Part shown: positions 47,241 through 58,163 of the stretch, in pieces
Layout of the letters: each line of letters begins with the position of its first letter
How positions within the stretch are numbered: the first letter of the stretch is position 1
Assembly: GCA_955652915.1 (NCBI GenBank)
Contig: CATPCJ010000247.1
Coordinates: 1-60,479, forward strand
DNA length: 60,479 bases
Direction of reading: 5' to 3'
Origin: an uncultured Bryobacteraceae bacterium
Lineage (GTDB): Bacteria; Acidobacteriota; Terriglobia; Bryobacterales; Bryobacteraceae
Made by a program: the position numbers and the translations under genes
The notes under the pieces: model-generated
Database searches by the model: none
The model's input: the letters and a program-made list of their open reading frames with translations, nothing else
Told to the model about the DNA's origin: nothing

Positions 47241-47714
47241 AAACCGCTCCCTTGGCGAGGGGCGCGAGCTTGTCGGCGGACAAGACCGGTCGGAGAGGAA
47301 GCCTCTGGCCGACGCATCATGCCCCGATCTTCGTGGACGAGAATTCGGGCTTGCACCATCACGAATAGGTGGTCCGCGCCTGATTCAGTTTTCAGTGAGG
47401 GTTCAATTCTAAGAGGCACCGCGGGCTCTTGCAGACTCGGTAAGAAAGATTGCCCGCGCATCGACCCTGCACCTGCCTCGCGAGCAATAACGGAGCGGAC
47501 CATCCTCATCCGTTGAACTTTTCTCCACGCCGGTGCGTAGAAAAGTTTGTGATCCCGCCGTCACGATGTTCGGAGAACCAGGGTAATCCGCTGAAATCGG
47601 ACACTTGCGCGGCGGAGGATCGGTGGCCCGACCCTCGGATGTACTTCATTTACCGTGAATTCGGCCATGCACTTGCATCTGGCCTGAACGATTCCACTAA
47701 CGACTGGAGGACAC

Positions 47715-48476
47715 ATGGAACCCGTTATCGATCTGAACTGCTCACTTCCGAGTGAAGGTACTTTTCTCACACCCTTTGCCCTGATCTGGCAAGACATCCT
47801 GGCGCAGGCTATGACCGGCGAACTCGTCGCGGCGTTGAACTACACCGCCTTATCGACGATATGTGACGATCCCGCGGAAGCAGCCGACGCGTTGGAGCAT
47901 GCGGCGGGTGAACAGGGGCATGCTGCCGCGTTCGCCGCCGAGGGCCGCAAGATTGGAGTGGACGTGCCCAATAACGTCAACGCAAAGCATTGGAAGCGGC
48001 TCCGCGAGGCCTTCATGCGCCGCATCGCGGAGCGCGACTTCATTGGCTGCCTGATCGTCCAGGAGATCATGCTTGAATCCTTCGCCGTCGCAAGCTATGC
48101 ACGCGCCGGGAAGGTGGCGCCGGGGAGCATGGGTAGGACGTTTGCCTCCATCGCGGCGGAGGAAGAAGAGCACATTGAACACGCGATGGCGATACTCAGA
48201 ACCGAGCGAGCCTTGGATGCGCAGCGCTTCGACGACAAGGTGCACGGGCTGCACCTTGAGGTGATGACCACGCTGGCGGAGATGCTTGCGAGGGAATGCA
48301 CGCATGGGCACTGCGAAGTGTGCCACGACAGTTGCGTGAAGCCATCCCTGTCCGAAGTGAGCTTGACCGCGGCCGAGCTGCGCGGAGCGTCGTTGCGGCA
48401 GTACCTCAAGACGCTGGACATGCTGGGACTGCCCGGGGAGGTAACACTTGCATGGGTGAGTCAGTTGCCGGTGTAG
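47715..48476 (+). CDS. Aldehyde deformylating oxygenase (ADO)-like ferritin-fold diiron protein
   Basis: GELVAALNY, EQGHAAAF, CLIVQEIMLESFAVASY, EEEEH align with the ADO ligands (E, ExxH, E, ExxH); RBS GGAGG; upstream of AAR-like gene. Confidence 0.8.
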   Translation: MEPVIDLNCSLPSEGTFLTPFALIWQDILAQAMTGELVAALNYTALSTICDDPAEAADALEHAAGEQGHAAAFAAEGRKIGVDVPNNVNAKHWKRLREAFMRRIAERDFIGCLIVQEIMLESFAVASYARAGKVAPGSMGRTFASIAAEEEEHIEHAMAILRTERALDAQRFDDKVHGLHLEVMTTLAEMLARECTHGHCEVCHDSCVKPSLSEVSLTAAELRGASLRQYLKTLDMLGLPGEVTLAWVSQLPV

Positions 48477-49600
48477 CCGCCAATGTAGCCCAGCAAGCGC
48501 CGGCGATCGACGTCGATTTCGCTTTGATCGGGCATCAGGAATGTTGGAGAGCGGCCGCGGACGTGCTCGCAGTCCTGCGCGGACCTGAACATCCGCCTCT
48601 GCCGGATGACGAGATCAGGGACATCTTTCCATGGATTCCGCCCAGAGCGATCTGTCACGTCGAAGCCGGATCGATCGCCGGCGGGAAGGCGCGCGGTGTC
48701 TACATCGATTCCTTCATTCCTCCGGACCGCCTGGATGCCAACTACATGCGCGACAACCTCGCCCGCGTTCGAGGGGCGGCGGCCTACGCGATCAAGGCAG
48801 GAGCGAAGATCGTCAGTCTCGGCGGATTCAGTTCCATTTTGATCGAGGGCAATTTGGATCAGCTTCCAGAAAGACACGGTACGGTCTTCACCACCGGCAA
48901 TACGTTGACAGTTGGTTTCATCGTTCAGGGCATCAAGAAGATGTGCGCGCTGGAGGGTCGAAACCTCCGAAGATCCACGCTGCTCATCGTGGGAGCGACA
49001 GGAGATGTGGGGTCCGGCTGTGCCCGTTGTTTGGCGCCTGTCGTGAAGCGGGTGCTGCTCAATGCACGCAACATGGAGCGGCTGCGAACGCTCGCCGCGG
49101 AGTTGGAGGCCGATGGAGTTCAGGTAGAGATCGCGACCGGGCTCCAGCAATTCTCCGCGGAGGCCGACGTCGCGATCTGCGCGGCGAGTTTGGCATCCCC
49201 TTCGCTTCTATTGGGCCGGATCGCGCCCGGCGCGATCGTTTGCGATGCGGGTTACCCGAAGAACTTGTCCCCAAGCGGGCAGATGGCCGGCGCCAAAATC
49301 TTCTTCGGAGGTCTGGGACAGATCACTGGCGGATTGAGATTCAAGCCGGATTTTCAGGGCATTCTGAATCGGCATCCATTCCCCGATGTAGTTCACGGAT
49401 GCCTGCTCGAAGGCATGGCTCTGGCTCTGGAGCGCCGGTTCGAGCCTTTCTCCCAAGGAAGGGGGTTCATCACTCCGGAGCGGGTTGAGGAGATCGAGAC
49501 AATTGCCGCGCGGCATGGAATCTTTCTCGCACCGCTCTACAACGCCGATGGACCAGTAGAGGACGGCGTTGAGTGTCTTGCCGGATGGTCGGCAGGATGA
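48452..49600 (+). CDS. Acyl-ACP reductase (AAR)-like protein
   Basis: FALIGH, LGGFSSILIE, FTTGNTLT, VGATGDVGS, DAGYPKN, GCLLEGM, FSQGRGFIT, RHG; start 48452 with GGAGGT RBS. Confidence 0.85.
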   Translation: MGESVAGVAANVAQQAPAIDVDFALIGHQECWRAAADVLAVLRGPEHPPLPDDEIRDIFPWIPPRAICHVEAGSIAGGKARGVYIDSFIPPDRLDANYMRDNLARVRGAAAYAIKAGAKIVSLGGFSSILIEGNLDQLPERHGTVFTTGNTLTVGFIVQGIKKMCALEGRNLRRSTLLIVGATGDVGSGCARCLAPVVKRVLLNARNMERLRTLAAELEADGVQVEIATGLQQFSAEADVAICAASLASPSLLLGRIAPGAIVCDAGYPKNLSPSGQMAGAKIFFGGLGQITGGLRFKPDFQGILNRHPFPDVVHGCLLEGMALALERRFEPFSQGRGFITPERVEEIETIAARHGIFLAPLYNADGPVEDGVECLAGWSAG

Positions 49601-49888
49601 GCGCGTGGGCGAAGAACCAGGTCGAACTGTAATGCTGGTTTGCACGCCGGAATCGACTGTTCGGTTAGCCGACTATACGTGAAAATGACGCACTACACAA
49701 GACACTAGCGACAGACACTAGCAATCCCAAGACAAACCAGTTCGGCGGGCCCTGCCCTTCACTCGAGAGGATAGATTCGTCACAACACGTCGACCGAAAT
49801 GGCCAAACGCCAGTGGCAGCCAACGACAGGCTGCACCATGGGGATGGTACAAACCGGTTCGTGAGCGATTCAATACCGGCAGAACAAG

Positions 49889-51556
49889 TTACACAAGCGC
49901 GTGTACGGCGTTGCGATTCATTAACAGTGTTTCCGTCGCCTGGCGGCTCAGCGACGGACCGTAAACATGTCCCTGCACCTTGTCGCACCCTAGCACACGG
50001 ACCAAGTCCAACTCCGCGGCCGTTTCGACGCCTTCAGCCACCACCGTAAGATTCATGCTGTGCGCCAATCGCACGATGCTTTGGACCACCGGCAGTGAAC
50101 CCTCGGGCTCTTGTAGATTTCGCACAAATGATTGGTCTATCTTCAGGGAATCCACTGGAAGCTTGGTCAAGTAGCTGAGCGAGGAATAGCCCGTGCCAAA
50201 ATCGTCAATCGAGATGCTGACGCCGAGATCCCGGATCCGAGACATGCGGATCACCGATCCGGCAAGGTCGCGCATCACACAGCTTTCGGTCAGCTCGAGC
50301 TCCAGGCACTTCGAAGGAAACCCGCTGAGCGCCAGTGCGTCCGCCACGGTTTCCGCAAAATCTCCGCGCTCGAACTGCAACGCCGACACATTTACCGAAA
50401 TGCGAATTGGAAGATAACCCGCCTTTCGCCAGCGAGCGCCCTCCAGACAAGCTTGCCGAAGCACCCAGGAGCCGATCGGAACAATGAGGCCAGCCTCTTC
50501 CGCGATCGGTATGAATTGTTTGGGAGAAATAGTTCCATGGAGCGGATGTCTCCAGGTGAGCAGCGCTTCCAGGCCATCGATTTCCCCATTCATCCGCATC
50601 ACGGGCTGATAGAGGAGATCGAATTCGCGATTCTCGATCGCGCGGCGGAGCGCATTCTCCAGGCGCAGACGTTCCAATCCCAGGGCGAGGTCTTCCGTTA
50701 CGAAGACTTCTAGGGCATCCTTGCCCGCGTTCTTGGCGCGGTACATGGCCAGGTCGGCGTTGTGCAGCAAGTCGGCGGCAGTGTTGCCGTGTTGCGGAAA
50801 CATCGCGATTCCGGCGCTGGCGGTGACGAATAGCTCGTGACCGTCGAAGCGATAGGGCTCACGAAGCGCGTCCAGAAATTCCTGAGACGCCCCGATGACC
50901 GAGTGGACATCCCGCGGGCGCGGCAACACAACAGTGAATTCATCGCCGCCCATGCGGCCCGTCAGATCGCCGGCCGTGAGCAGGCTCCGCAAACGCACCG
51001 CTACGTTCTGCAGCAAACGATCGCCGATAGCGTGTCCCAGCGTGTCGTTGATCTGCTTGAATCGATCCAGATCGATGAACAGCACGGCCAGCAGGCCCGC
51101 ACGCTCCCTGGCCTGGACTAGCGCCGACTCCAGGAGTTCAATGAAGAACACCCGATTGGGCAGGGCGGTCAGTGAATCGTGCCGGGCCTGAAACTTCAGA
51201 CGATCGAGTTGACGATGCTCCAGGATGATTCGCCCGAGGCTGCGGGCCATCAGTTCGATCAGTTCCTTTTCCGCGCCCGAGAAGGTCCGCGCAACGTTCG
51301 CGGACGGTGAGGAAAAACTGAGCGTGGCGAATGTTTCCGATTCCACGACGATCGGCGTTTCGATGCGCGGTCCGCTTCCCGCCGATATTTCCGGCGAGTC
51401 TTCCTCCTCCCGCCTGATCGTTCCCTCGGATAATTTGAACAAACGGCGGCCAGTTCTCAGATGGTCCTGAAAGGCGTCACTGAGCGTTTCATACGAAGTC
51501 GTGCTGAGGCGATGCAGTTCTTTCCAATGATCCGCAAGGTTGCACAAAATTGTCAT
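49889..51556 (-). CDS. GGDEF-EAL diguanylate cyclase/phosphodiesterase
   Basis: DSLTALPNR, DLDRFKQINDTLGH, GGDEF, EALL, DDFGTGYSSL, AEGVE. Confidence 0.95.
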   Translation of the reverse strand: MTILCNLADHWKELHRLSTTSYETLSDAFQDHLRTGRRLFKLSEGTIRREEEDSPEISAGSGPRIETPIVVESETFATLSFSSPSANVARTFSGAEKELIELMARSLGRIILEHRQLDRLKFQARHDSLTALPNRVFFIELLESALVQARERAGLLAVLFIDLDRFKQINDTLGHAIGDRLLQNVAVRLRSLLTAGDLTGRMGGDEFTVVLPRPRDVHSVIGASQEFLDALREPYRFDGHELFVTASAGIAMFPQHGNTAADLLHNADLAMYRAKNAGKDALEVFVTEDLALGLERLRLENALRRAIENREFDLLYQPVMRMNGEIDGLEALLTWRHPLHGTISPKQFIPIAEEAGLIVPIGSWVLRQACLEGARWRKAGYLPIRISVNVSALQFERGDFAETVADALALSGFPSKCLELELTESCVMRDLAGSVIRMSRIRDLGVSISIDDFGTGYSSLSYLTKLPVDSLKIDQSFVRNLQEPEGSLPVVQSIVRLAHSMNLTVVAEGVETAAELDLVRVLGCDKVQGHVYGPSLSRQATETLLMNRNAVHALV

Positions 51557-51620
51557 CCGCTACAGTTTTAGCGTGGACCTGCCGGGATTACAATGCGCAC
51601 TTGGCCCAGAACGGTCATTA

Positions 51621-52172
51621 CTATGTTGCTGGAAGAATTTCCAGCAACAAGAACACCATGGTTCCAAGCGCGATGGAAACGCCGTGGGGCAGGGTCACGG
51701 CGCGCGGATGGCCGATATCCAATGCCGGATCGCCTTGATATGGCATACGCAGCCGTACCAGTTCCCCCAGGATGAATAGTACGTTTTTGAACGTCCGAAT
51801 CAATCCTCCACGGATCGACAGCAGGCAGATCGCGAGAATACCTCCCAGAATCGCGGTCATGAGAAACAGGATGAGCCAGTTTCTGGCGCCCACGAACGCT
51901 CCGATTGCGATCATCAATTTCACGTCCCCGGCTCCCATTGCGCGCAGGGCGAAAAATGGAAGGTAGACGGCGAACGCCAGGAGCGCGCCGAGGAGCGAAA
52001 CAATCAAGCCGTCCACGCGAAAGAAAAATAGATTTAACGCCAGGCCCAGGAAGAAGCCTGTTACCACGAGCCAATTGGGAATTCGGCGGAACCTAATATC
52101 GTAGATGGAAGCCACGACCACCAGCGCCGCCAGCACAATCTCGGACACCAGGGGCAGTGGAGTCATGGACAT
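51621..52172 (-). CDS. Prepilin peptidase (A24, CpaA/TadV-like)
   Basis: DIRFRRIPN, MGAGDVKL, LPHGVSI. Confidence 0.85.
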   Translation of the reverse strand: MSMTPLPLVSEIVLAALVVVASIYDIRFRRIPNWLVVTGFFLGLALNLFFFRVDGLIVSLLGALLAFAVYLPFFALRAMGAGDVKLMIAIGAFVGARNWLILFLMTAILGGILAICLLSIRGGLIRTFKNVLFILGELVRLRMPYQGDPALDIGHPRAVTLPHGVSIALGTMVFLLLEILPAT

Positions 52173-52247
52173 TCGTATTATAAGCCGCGAAAAAATCGCT
52201 CTACGGTCCACACAGGCAAGAATGCATGTGCCGCACGGACTTCTATG

Positions 52248-53747
52248 TCAGCGCTCTTGGTATTCGCCGAACACCGCGCGCAGCCGATCGGAGATTTCTC
52301 CCACGGTGCCCATGGCTTCGGCGCACGCCAGGATGTGCGGCATCAGATTGTCGCTGGACCTTGCCGCCTGTTCCAACGCAAAGAGCCGCTCCTCCAGAAT
52401 GGACGCGCTGCGCGAGGCGCGCAGATCGCGCAATCTTTCAATTTGCCGCCGCTCGAGTTCGGGATCCAGGCGGAACGTTCCGGCCGATTCCTTTTCCTGC
52501 TGCTTGAACCGGTTTACTCCGACCACGATCGTATCGCCGCGCTCCACCGCCTGTTGGTATTCGTAGGCCGCGTTTTGGATTTCGCTTTGAATGAAGTTAT
52601 TTTCGATGGCGGCCAGCGTTCCGCCCATGGCATCGATGCGCGCGATATAGTCCTGGGCGCCGCGTTCGATTTCACCGGTGAGCTGTTCGATGTAATAACT
52701 GCCGCCCAGCGGATCCGCTGTGTTGGTTACGCCGCTCTCGTGCGCGATGATCTGTTGCGTTCGCAGCGCCAGGCGCGCCGATTCCTCGGTCGGCAACGCC
52801 AGCGCTTCGTCCTTGCCATTCGTGTGCAGCGATTGCGCGCCGCCCAGTACCGCCGCCAGCGCCTGCATCGAAACCCGCACCACGTTCACGTCCGGCTGTT
52901 GAGCCGTCAGCGTGGAGCCGCCGGTCTGCACATGGAAACGCATCGTCATCGAGCGCGGATTCGCCGCTCCAAAGCGATCGCGCATGATGCAGGCGTATAG
53001 ACGCCTCGCGGCGCGAAACTTCGCGATCTCCTCCAGAAAATTATTGTGCGAGTTGAAGAAGAAAGAGAGCCGCGGGGCAAAGGAGTCTACCGCCAAACCG
53101 GCTTCGACGGCGGCGGCGATATACGCGATGGCGTTGGCCAGCGTGAAGGCAACTTCCTGCACGGCGGTGGAGCCCGCTTCGCGAATGTGATAGCCGCTGA
53201 TGGAGATGGTATTCCACTCGGGCATTTCACGCGCGGCCCAGGCGAACAGATCGGTGATGATGCGCATCGCGGGACGAGGCGGATAAATGTAGGTTCCACG
53301 CGCGATGTATTCCTTGAGAATGTCATTCTGCACCGTGCCGGAAATCGTCCGCAGGTTCGCGCCTTGGCCGCGCGCCACCAGTGCGTAGAAGCTAAGGAGT
53401 ATCGACGCGGTGGAGTTGATGGTCATCGAGGTGGTGATATCCGCCAGGCGAATGCCGTCGAACAGGCGCTGCATGTCGGCTAAAGAGCAGATCGCGACGC
53501 CCGCGCGGCCAACCTCACCGGCGGCGAGTGGATGATCGGAATCCAGTCCCATCTGTGTCGGCAGATCGAACGCGACCGAGAGTCCGGTGATGCCTTGCGA
53601 AAGCAGGTACCGGTAACGGCCGTTGCTTTCCTCGGCCGTGCCGAAGCCGGCGTATTGACGCATGGTCCACAGCCGCCCCCGGTACATGTCGGGATAGATC
53701 CCGCGGGTATAGGGAAATTCACCGGGCTGGGCGCCGGAGTCGGTCAT
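52248..53747 (-). CDS. Methylmalonyl-CoA mutase, catalytic (N-terminal) subunit
   Basis: [45 protein letters not shown]; start ATG 53747. Confidence 0.95.
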   Translation of the reverse strand: MTDSGAQPGEFPYTRGIYPDMYRGRLWTMRQYAGFGTAEESNGRYRYLLSQGITGLSVAFDLPTQMGLDSDHPLAAGEVGRAGVAICSLADMQRLFDGIRLADITTSMTINSTASILLSFYALVARGQGANLRTISGTVQNDILKEYIARGTYIYPPRPAMRIITDLFAWAAREMPEWNTISISGYHIREAGSTAVQEVAFTLANAIAYIAAAVEAGLAVDSFAPRLSFFFNSHNNFLEEIAKFRAARRLYACIMRDRFGAANPRSMTMRFHVQTGGSTLTAQQPDVNVVRVSMQALAAVLGGAQSLHTNGKDEALALPTEESARLALRTQQIIAHESGVTNTADPLGGSYYIEQLTGEIERGAQDYIARIDAMGGTLAAIENNFIQSEIQNAAYEYQQAVERGDTIVVGVNRFKQQEKESAGTFRLDPELERRQIERLRDLRASRSASILEERLFALEQAARSSDNLMPHILACAEAMGTVGEISDRLRAVFGEYQER

Positions 53748-53995
53748 GACCTGTCGATCTTGCGAGCTTTCAAAAACGACGACACACCGAACCAGCCCAT
53801 GATCAGAACAAACGGAATGGTCAAAGCCAAACGAGGACCGCTGCCCTCCTTGCCAAATATCCGTATCGCGCCGGGAACAGGAATCAAGGCGAAGACGATG
53901 AAAAGCAAGCCGATGAACTGATTCCAAAGGCTATGTATGGGGCGGGCAACCCCAGGGATCACGTGATCCAAGAACTTCTTCGCGAGTGCAAACAT
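53744..53995 (-). CDS. Small membrane protein
   Basis: Two TM segments; ATGA overlap with the mutase gene. Confidence 0.7.
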   Translation of the reverse strand: MFALAKKFLDHVIPGVARPIHSLWNQFIGLLFIVFALIPVPGAIRIFGKEGSGPRLALTIPFVLIMGWFGVSSFLKARKIDRS

Positions 53996-54204
53996 GCTGC
54001 CAATACCAGTGTAGCGGAAGCAGAAACTAAGGCCCCTTAGGGGCTCTTCGGCTACTGGGAATGTTTGCTTTTGCCGATATCTTTTGCAAGAGCGGAATCC
54101 TATGCCGGGGCCACTTTCATATTGTCTGAAACTGTACTTGCCTTGCCAACATCAAGAAGGTAGAGTGATATGCTTAGAATGGCCCACCAAGAAAGGGGCA
54201 AGGT

Positions 54205-54528
54205 GTGGAAGAAAAACTGAAAGAGTTGATGCAGGAGCTTGGCAACGCGATCAACGAGTCTCTCTCGGATTCCGATCGCATTGCCGCGGCTATCGGAGAG
54301 ATCAAGCGAGCCGGATACGACGTCTTCCTGGTTCTGGAAGCCACCATCGGATTCAACAAACGTGAGGAATCCGAGGGCTTCGAATCCGACGATGCGGAAC
54401 TCGAGGCGGAGACCGAAGCCGCGCCACCCAAGCGCCGGTTTGAATCAACCGGCAAGATCAAGCTGACAACACAGGATCACAAGTTTTTGAAGGCTCTTAA
54501 GATCGCGATCGACGAAGAAAAACATTAA
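54205..54528 (+). CDS. Hypothetical acidic protein
   Basis: 107-aa ORF, GYDVFLVLEATIG, DHKFLKALKI. Confidence 0.75.
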   Translation: MEEKLKELMQELGNAINESLSDSDRIAAAIGEIKRAGYDVFLVLEATIGFNKREESEGFESDDAELEAETEAAPPKRRFESTGKIKLTTQDHKFLKALKIAIDEEKH

Positions 54529-55559
54529 CCGCCGAGCAGTTCCAGATAGACATTCCAGGTTTGTTCCACCGCTTTCTCCCAGTTAAACTCTTTGCTGCGC
54601 TCCAGACCTTTGCGTATCAACTCGTCCCGCAGGGTTTGATCCCCGGTGAGCCTGCGCAATCCAGCCGCGATGGACGCTACGTCCGACGGATCCACCAGCA
54701 AGGCCGCGCCGCCGCTCACCTCCCGCAGCGCCGACGCGTTGGAAGTAAGCACCGGAACGCCCCTGGCCATCGCGTCTAGAACGGGCATGCCGAATCCCTC
54801 ATCCAAGGATGGAAACGCGAAAACAGAAGCGCGTTGGAAGAGTTCTTCCAAAGTAATGCCGGGTACGTATCCCGGGGTTCGGATATCTGCCTTCCGGGGA
54901 CTGCGCTGAATTCGCGCCAGGATCTCTTCCGCGCCAAAGCCGAGCGAGCCGGCCAGCACCAGCTTCCAGCCCGGTGCGGTTTCTTCGAACGCCTCCACCA
55001 GCCGGACGATATTCTTTCGACGCTGTAAGGCGCCGACGAACAGGATCATTCGGTCTCGCGTCGCCGGTTGCGCAGGTGCCGTTGCCGGCGTTGCTCCGTG
55101 CGGAACCACGCGGATCCTGGCCGCCTCAACCTTCAGCAGATCCTGCACCTGACCGGCCGTGAAGCGGGACACTGCGATGATGAGATCGGAGCGCTCGGCT
55201 GCCGTCCTGGCTTGCCCGGTGAATCTCCGCCGGAATTCCGGCGTGGAATAGTCGCCCGTCATCACGAATAGATCGTGGAAGGTCGCTACTGTACGCCGGT
55301 AACGGAGCGAATCGATGCGCTGGTTGAGTCCGTGAAATAGATCGGGTGAACTCGGCCAACCGTTCCACAAGAGCGTGCGGCGGCAGTTTCGCGGGAGCCG
55401 CTCGGAAAACGATTGACGGAAACGATGCGGGCGATAGCAGAATGAATAGTCGGCTTCGGCATGCGCCTGCGCCAGCCCGCTTAGAATCGCTCGTGAGTAC
55501 ACGCCGACGCCCGACAGATTCGGGCCCAGGCTATAGGTTGCGTCGAGAGCGATTTTCAA
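54525..55559 (-). CDS. Glycosyltransferase family 4
   Basis: SGVGVY, TFHDL, FPSLDEGFGMPVLDAMA. Confidence 0.9.
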   Translation of the reverse strand: MKIALDATYSLGPNLSGVGVYSRAILSGLAQAHAEADYSFCYRPHRFRQSFSERLPRNCRRTLLWNGWPSSPDLFHGLNQRIDSLRYRRTVATFHDLFVMTGDYSTPEFRRRFTGQARTAAERSDLIIAVSRFTAGQVQDLLKVEAARIRVVPHGATPATAPAQPATRDRMILFVGALQRRKNIVRLVEAFEETAPGWKLVLAGSLGFGAEEILARIQRSPRKADIRTPGYVPGITLEELFQRASVFAFPSLDEGFGMPVLDAMARGVPVLTSNASALREVSGGAALLVDPSDVASIAAGLRRLTGDQTLRDELIRKGLERSKEFNWEKAVEQTWNVYLELLGG

Positions 55560-55582
55560 TCAGCCAGAATAGCGGTTTTCGC

Positions 55583-56470
55583 CTACTGCCGTACTTCGGC
55601 CAATCGATCCGCATAAATGCCGAATTGTTCTTCAAGGCCGGTGTCGAGATCCGCTTCTTGAATTGAAAAGCGCGCGGCCGCGCGAGACTGTCCCTGGTTG
55701 CGCGCCGCTTGCTCGATTTCAAGCGCGCCGCGATGCAGCAAATTCTCCACGATGCTCTCGTTCATTCCGGCCACGATCAGTCCGAAACGGCACGCCGCCA
55801 GCCTGCTCACCAGCGCCGGCGCCTCAAAAGTTCGCCGGAGCACTTCCGCCGCGCGGATGAAAACCAGCTCTCGTGCTTCCCGATCGTCCTGCGTCTTTTC
55901 CGCAAGCTCTAAGATCTCGATCGTTGCGGCAAAGAGGACTGAGCGGTTCTGCCGCGAGAGCTGAACGGAATGTCCGGCAATCGTGAAGAATGCCCGCGAG
56001 GTCAACGCGCCGGTGAGCTCGTCCAGGAACGGAGAGGCCCGAAGCGTTTCGATTTTGCGCTGGCGCTCGATGGCGTAACGCAAGGACCGCGCCATGGGCG
56101 CGCACTCCAACTCGGACTTCAGCAACACGTCCTGGGCGCCTTCGCGCAGCAACCAATTGGCGAGCTTGTCGTCTTCGGCGTCCGCCAACACCACGATAGG
56201 CGCGCCCCGCGCCGCCGCGTTCGTTTCCAGAAAGGAGTCCAGCAGGATCGGGCTGTCGGGTAAGCTCAGGTTCAGCAGGATGATGTCGAATGTCTGTTGC
56301 CGCAAACAAGCCACCGCGTCCGCCAGCCGTTCCACCTGAACGATGCTGGACGAGCGCCAGTTGCGCCACTGCCATTGTTCTTCAATCTCGATGAGCGCCT
56401 CGCATATGAGCTGTTCATCTTCGAGATCGTCTTCCACTAATAGGAGTTTGAGTGCTTTTGAGTCCGCCAC
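55583..56470 (-). CDS. Receiver domain plus degenerate GGDEF domain protein
   Basis: LLLVEDD, IILLNLSLPDS (phospho-Asp replaced by Asn), DELTG, no GGDEF motif. Confidence 0.8.
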   Translation of the reverse strand: MADSKALKLLLVEDDLEDEQLICEALIEIEEQWQWRNWRSSSIVQVERLADAVACLRQQTFDIILLNLSLPDSPILLDSFLETNAAARGAPIVVLADAEDDKLANWLLREGAQDVLLKSELECAPMARSLRYAIERQRKIETLRASPFLDELTGALTSRAFFTIAGHSVQLSRQNRSVLFAATIEILELAEKTQDDREARELVFIRAAEVLRRTFEAPALVSRLAACRFGLIVAGMNESIVENLLHRGALEIEQAARNQGQSRAAARFSIQEADLDTGLEEQFGIYADRLAEVRQ

Positions 56471-56531
56471 TCATGTGAGTGCTGGCGAGCGCCGTTTTGT
56501 ATCAGGATTTCTGAGCCCTTAGACGCTGCCG

Positions 56532-56610
56532 GCGCTTGCTTACGCGCGCGGTTCTGTAAGCGCTGCGGTATCAGTCGCCGCCTTTCAGAACCGCGACCGT
56601 AAGGGAGTGC
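56532..56610. repeat. Inverted pair of REP-like elements
   Basis: GCGCTTGCTTACGCGCGCGGTTCTG (56532-56556) and CAGAACCGCGACCGTAAGGGAGTGC (56586-56610); same family as 12557-12585. Confidence 0.75.
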
Positions 56611-56669
56611 CCATTGGCCTGCGGCCCACCAAAGGTGATGAAATTTGCACCGCGCCTTCAACGGAGCGC

Positions 56670-57695
56670 TCAGACCGCGAGCTGATACTCTTTGAGCTTT
56701 CGATACAGGGTCGTCCGGCCGATGCCTAGCAGATTCGCCGCGATGGCTCGATCGCCCTTGGTATACGCGAGGGCATCGATGATGGCGCGGCGCTCGATTT
56801 GATTGAGCGGGACAATGGGTGACCGCCCAGGTTGGGAATCGGAACGATGCTCGTGGGCGAAGGCCTCGCCCGGGGGCTTGGGAAAGGGATTGGAACCGAC
56901 GGCCAACGACAGAAGCTGGGTCCTCCTGGCCATCAGATGATTTTGCAACATGGAAGGGAGTTCGGCCACGTGCAGCAGAGGTCCGGAATTAATCGCCACC
57001 AGGTGCTGGATGCAATTTTCGAGCTCGCGCACGTTGCCCGGCCAATCGTAAGAGATCATGGCCTCCAGCGTTTCCTGCGTCAAACTGTGATTCTTGCCGT
57101 AGCGCGCCAGGAAATGAGCGATCAGCGCGGGAACATCTTCCTTGCGGTCGCGCAGCGGAGCGATCTTTACGTTCACCACATTCAGGCGGTAGAACAGGTC
57201 GCGCCGGAAGGTTCCCTTTTCCACTTCCTTCGCCAGGTCGCGATTGGTAGCTGCTATAACGCGAAAATCCGACTTACGCTGGATCAGCGAACCGACTGGG
57301 CGGAATTCCTTCTCTTGCAGGACTCTAAGAAGCTTGGCTTGCAGATCGAGGGGCAACTCGCCGATTTCGTCGAAAAAGGCCGTGCCCCCATTGGCTGTTT
57401 CAATCAGGCCGGTTTTGGTGCCGACCGCGCCCGTGAAAGCGCCTTTCACATGACCGAACAGCTCGCTCTCCATGAGCGGGCCCACCAGCGAGGAGCAGTC
57501 GATGGTGACAAACGGACCGACGGGACTAACATCATGGATAGATCGCGCAACGACTTCTTTACCCGTGCCGGTCTCGCCTAGTAAAAGTACTGGCCAACGG
57601 CAGCGGCCCAATTTCTCCACAAGCCGCAATATGGTTCTGATCCGTGGCGACTGGCCAACTAAGACGTGTGCCGATGCTTGAGCTTGCGCAGACAT
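56670..57695 (-). CDS. Sigma54-dependent activator (AAA+ plus Fis HTH, no sensory domain)
   Basis: GETGTGKE, ELFGHVKGAFTGA, WPGNVRELEN, LGIGRTTLYRKL. Confidence 0.95.
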   Translation of the reverse strand: MSAQAQASAHVLVGQSPRIRTILRLVEKLGRCRWPVLLLGETGTGKEVVARSIHDVSPVGPFVTIDCSSLVGPLMESELFGHVKGAFTGAVGTKTGLIETANGGTAFFDEIGELPLDLQAKLLRVLQEKEFRPVGSLIQRKSDFRVIAATNRDLAKEVEKGTFRRDLFYRLNVVNVKIAPLRDRKEDVPALIAHFLARYGKNHSLTQETLEAMISYDWPGNVRELENCIQHLVAINSGPLLHVAELPSMLQNHLMARRTQLLSLAVGSNPFPKPPGEAFAHEHRSDSQPGRSPIVPLNQIERRAIIDALAYTKGDRAIAANLLGIGRTTLYRKLKEYQLAV

Positions 57696-57890
57696 TCACC
57701 GAATCCGTGAGGGCGGGACGGCCCTTAGCAACGTAGTGCCACCCGCCATCATAAACTCTACGGTTACTTTAAGATTTCAGCAAGCCCTCGACCTCTTAGA
57801 TTCGTGGGTTATTTGCGGTAGCGCCGCCACCTCATTTGGGGGTAGCGAATTTAGTACTTCCAACCCAGCACCTGAGGCGGTGCGTAGGAA

Positions 57891-57946
57891 AATGGGGTGG
57901 CAGTCACCTCAATCACCTCAAACAATGGGGTGGCAGTCACCTCAAT
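57891..57946. repeat. Two direct copies of a 23-bp palindromic element
   Basis: AATGGGGTGGCAGTCACCTCAAT at 57891-57913 and 57924-57946. Confidence 0.85.
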
Positions 57947-58163
57947 TATCTGCCAACGATAGCGACCGCTCGTTCTGAGATGACTAATTTCGCCGCCCTC
58001 CGGATAATGTGGGCAATAATGTACAATGAACGCCTACCATTATGCCCAACCTGCTCCACAACTCAGCATGGCTTTGCCAGTTGTGGGTGGGCCTTCCCCA
58101 GCTTCAATCCATGCTTGACTCCAACGGTCGGCCGCAATTCGGGAATCGGAATACATCGCATCC

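Noticed and set aside
57891..57946. Mini CRISPR array
   Set aside because: Only two 23-bp copies with a 10-nt gap; palindromic and REP-like.
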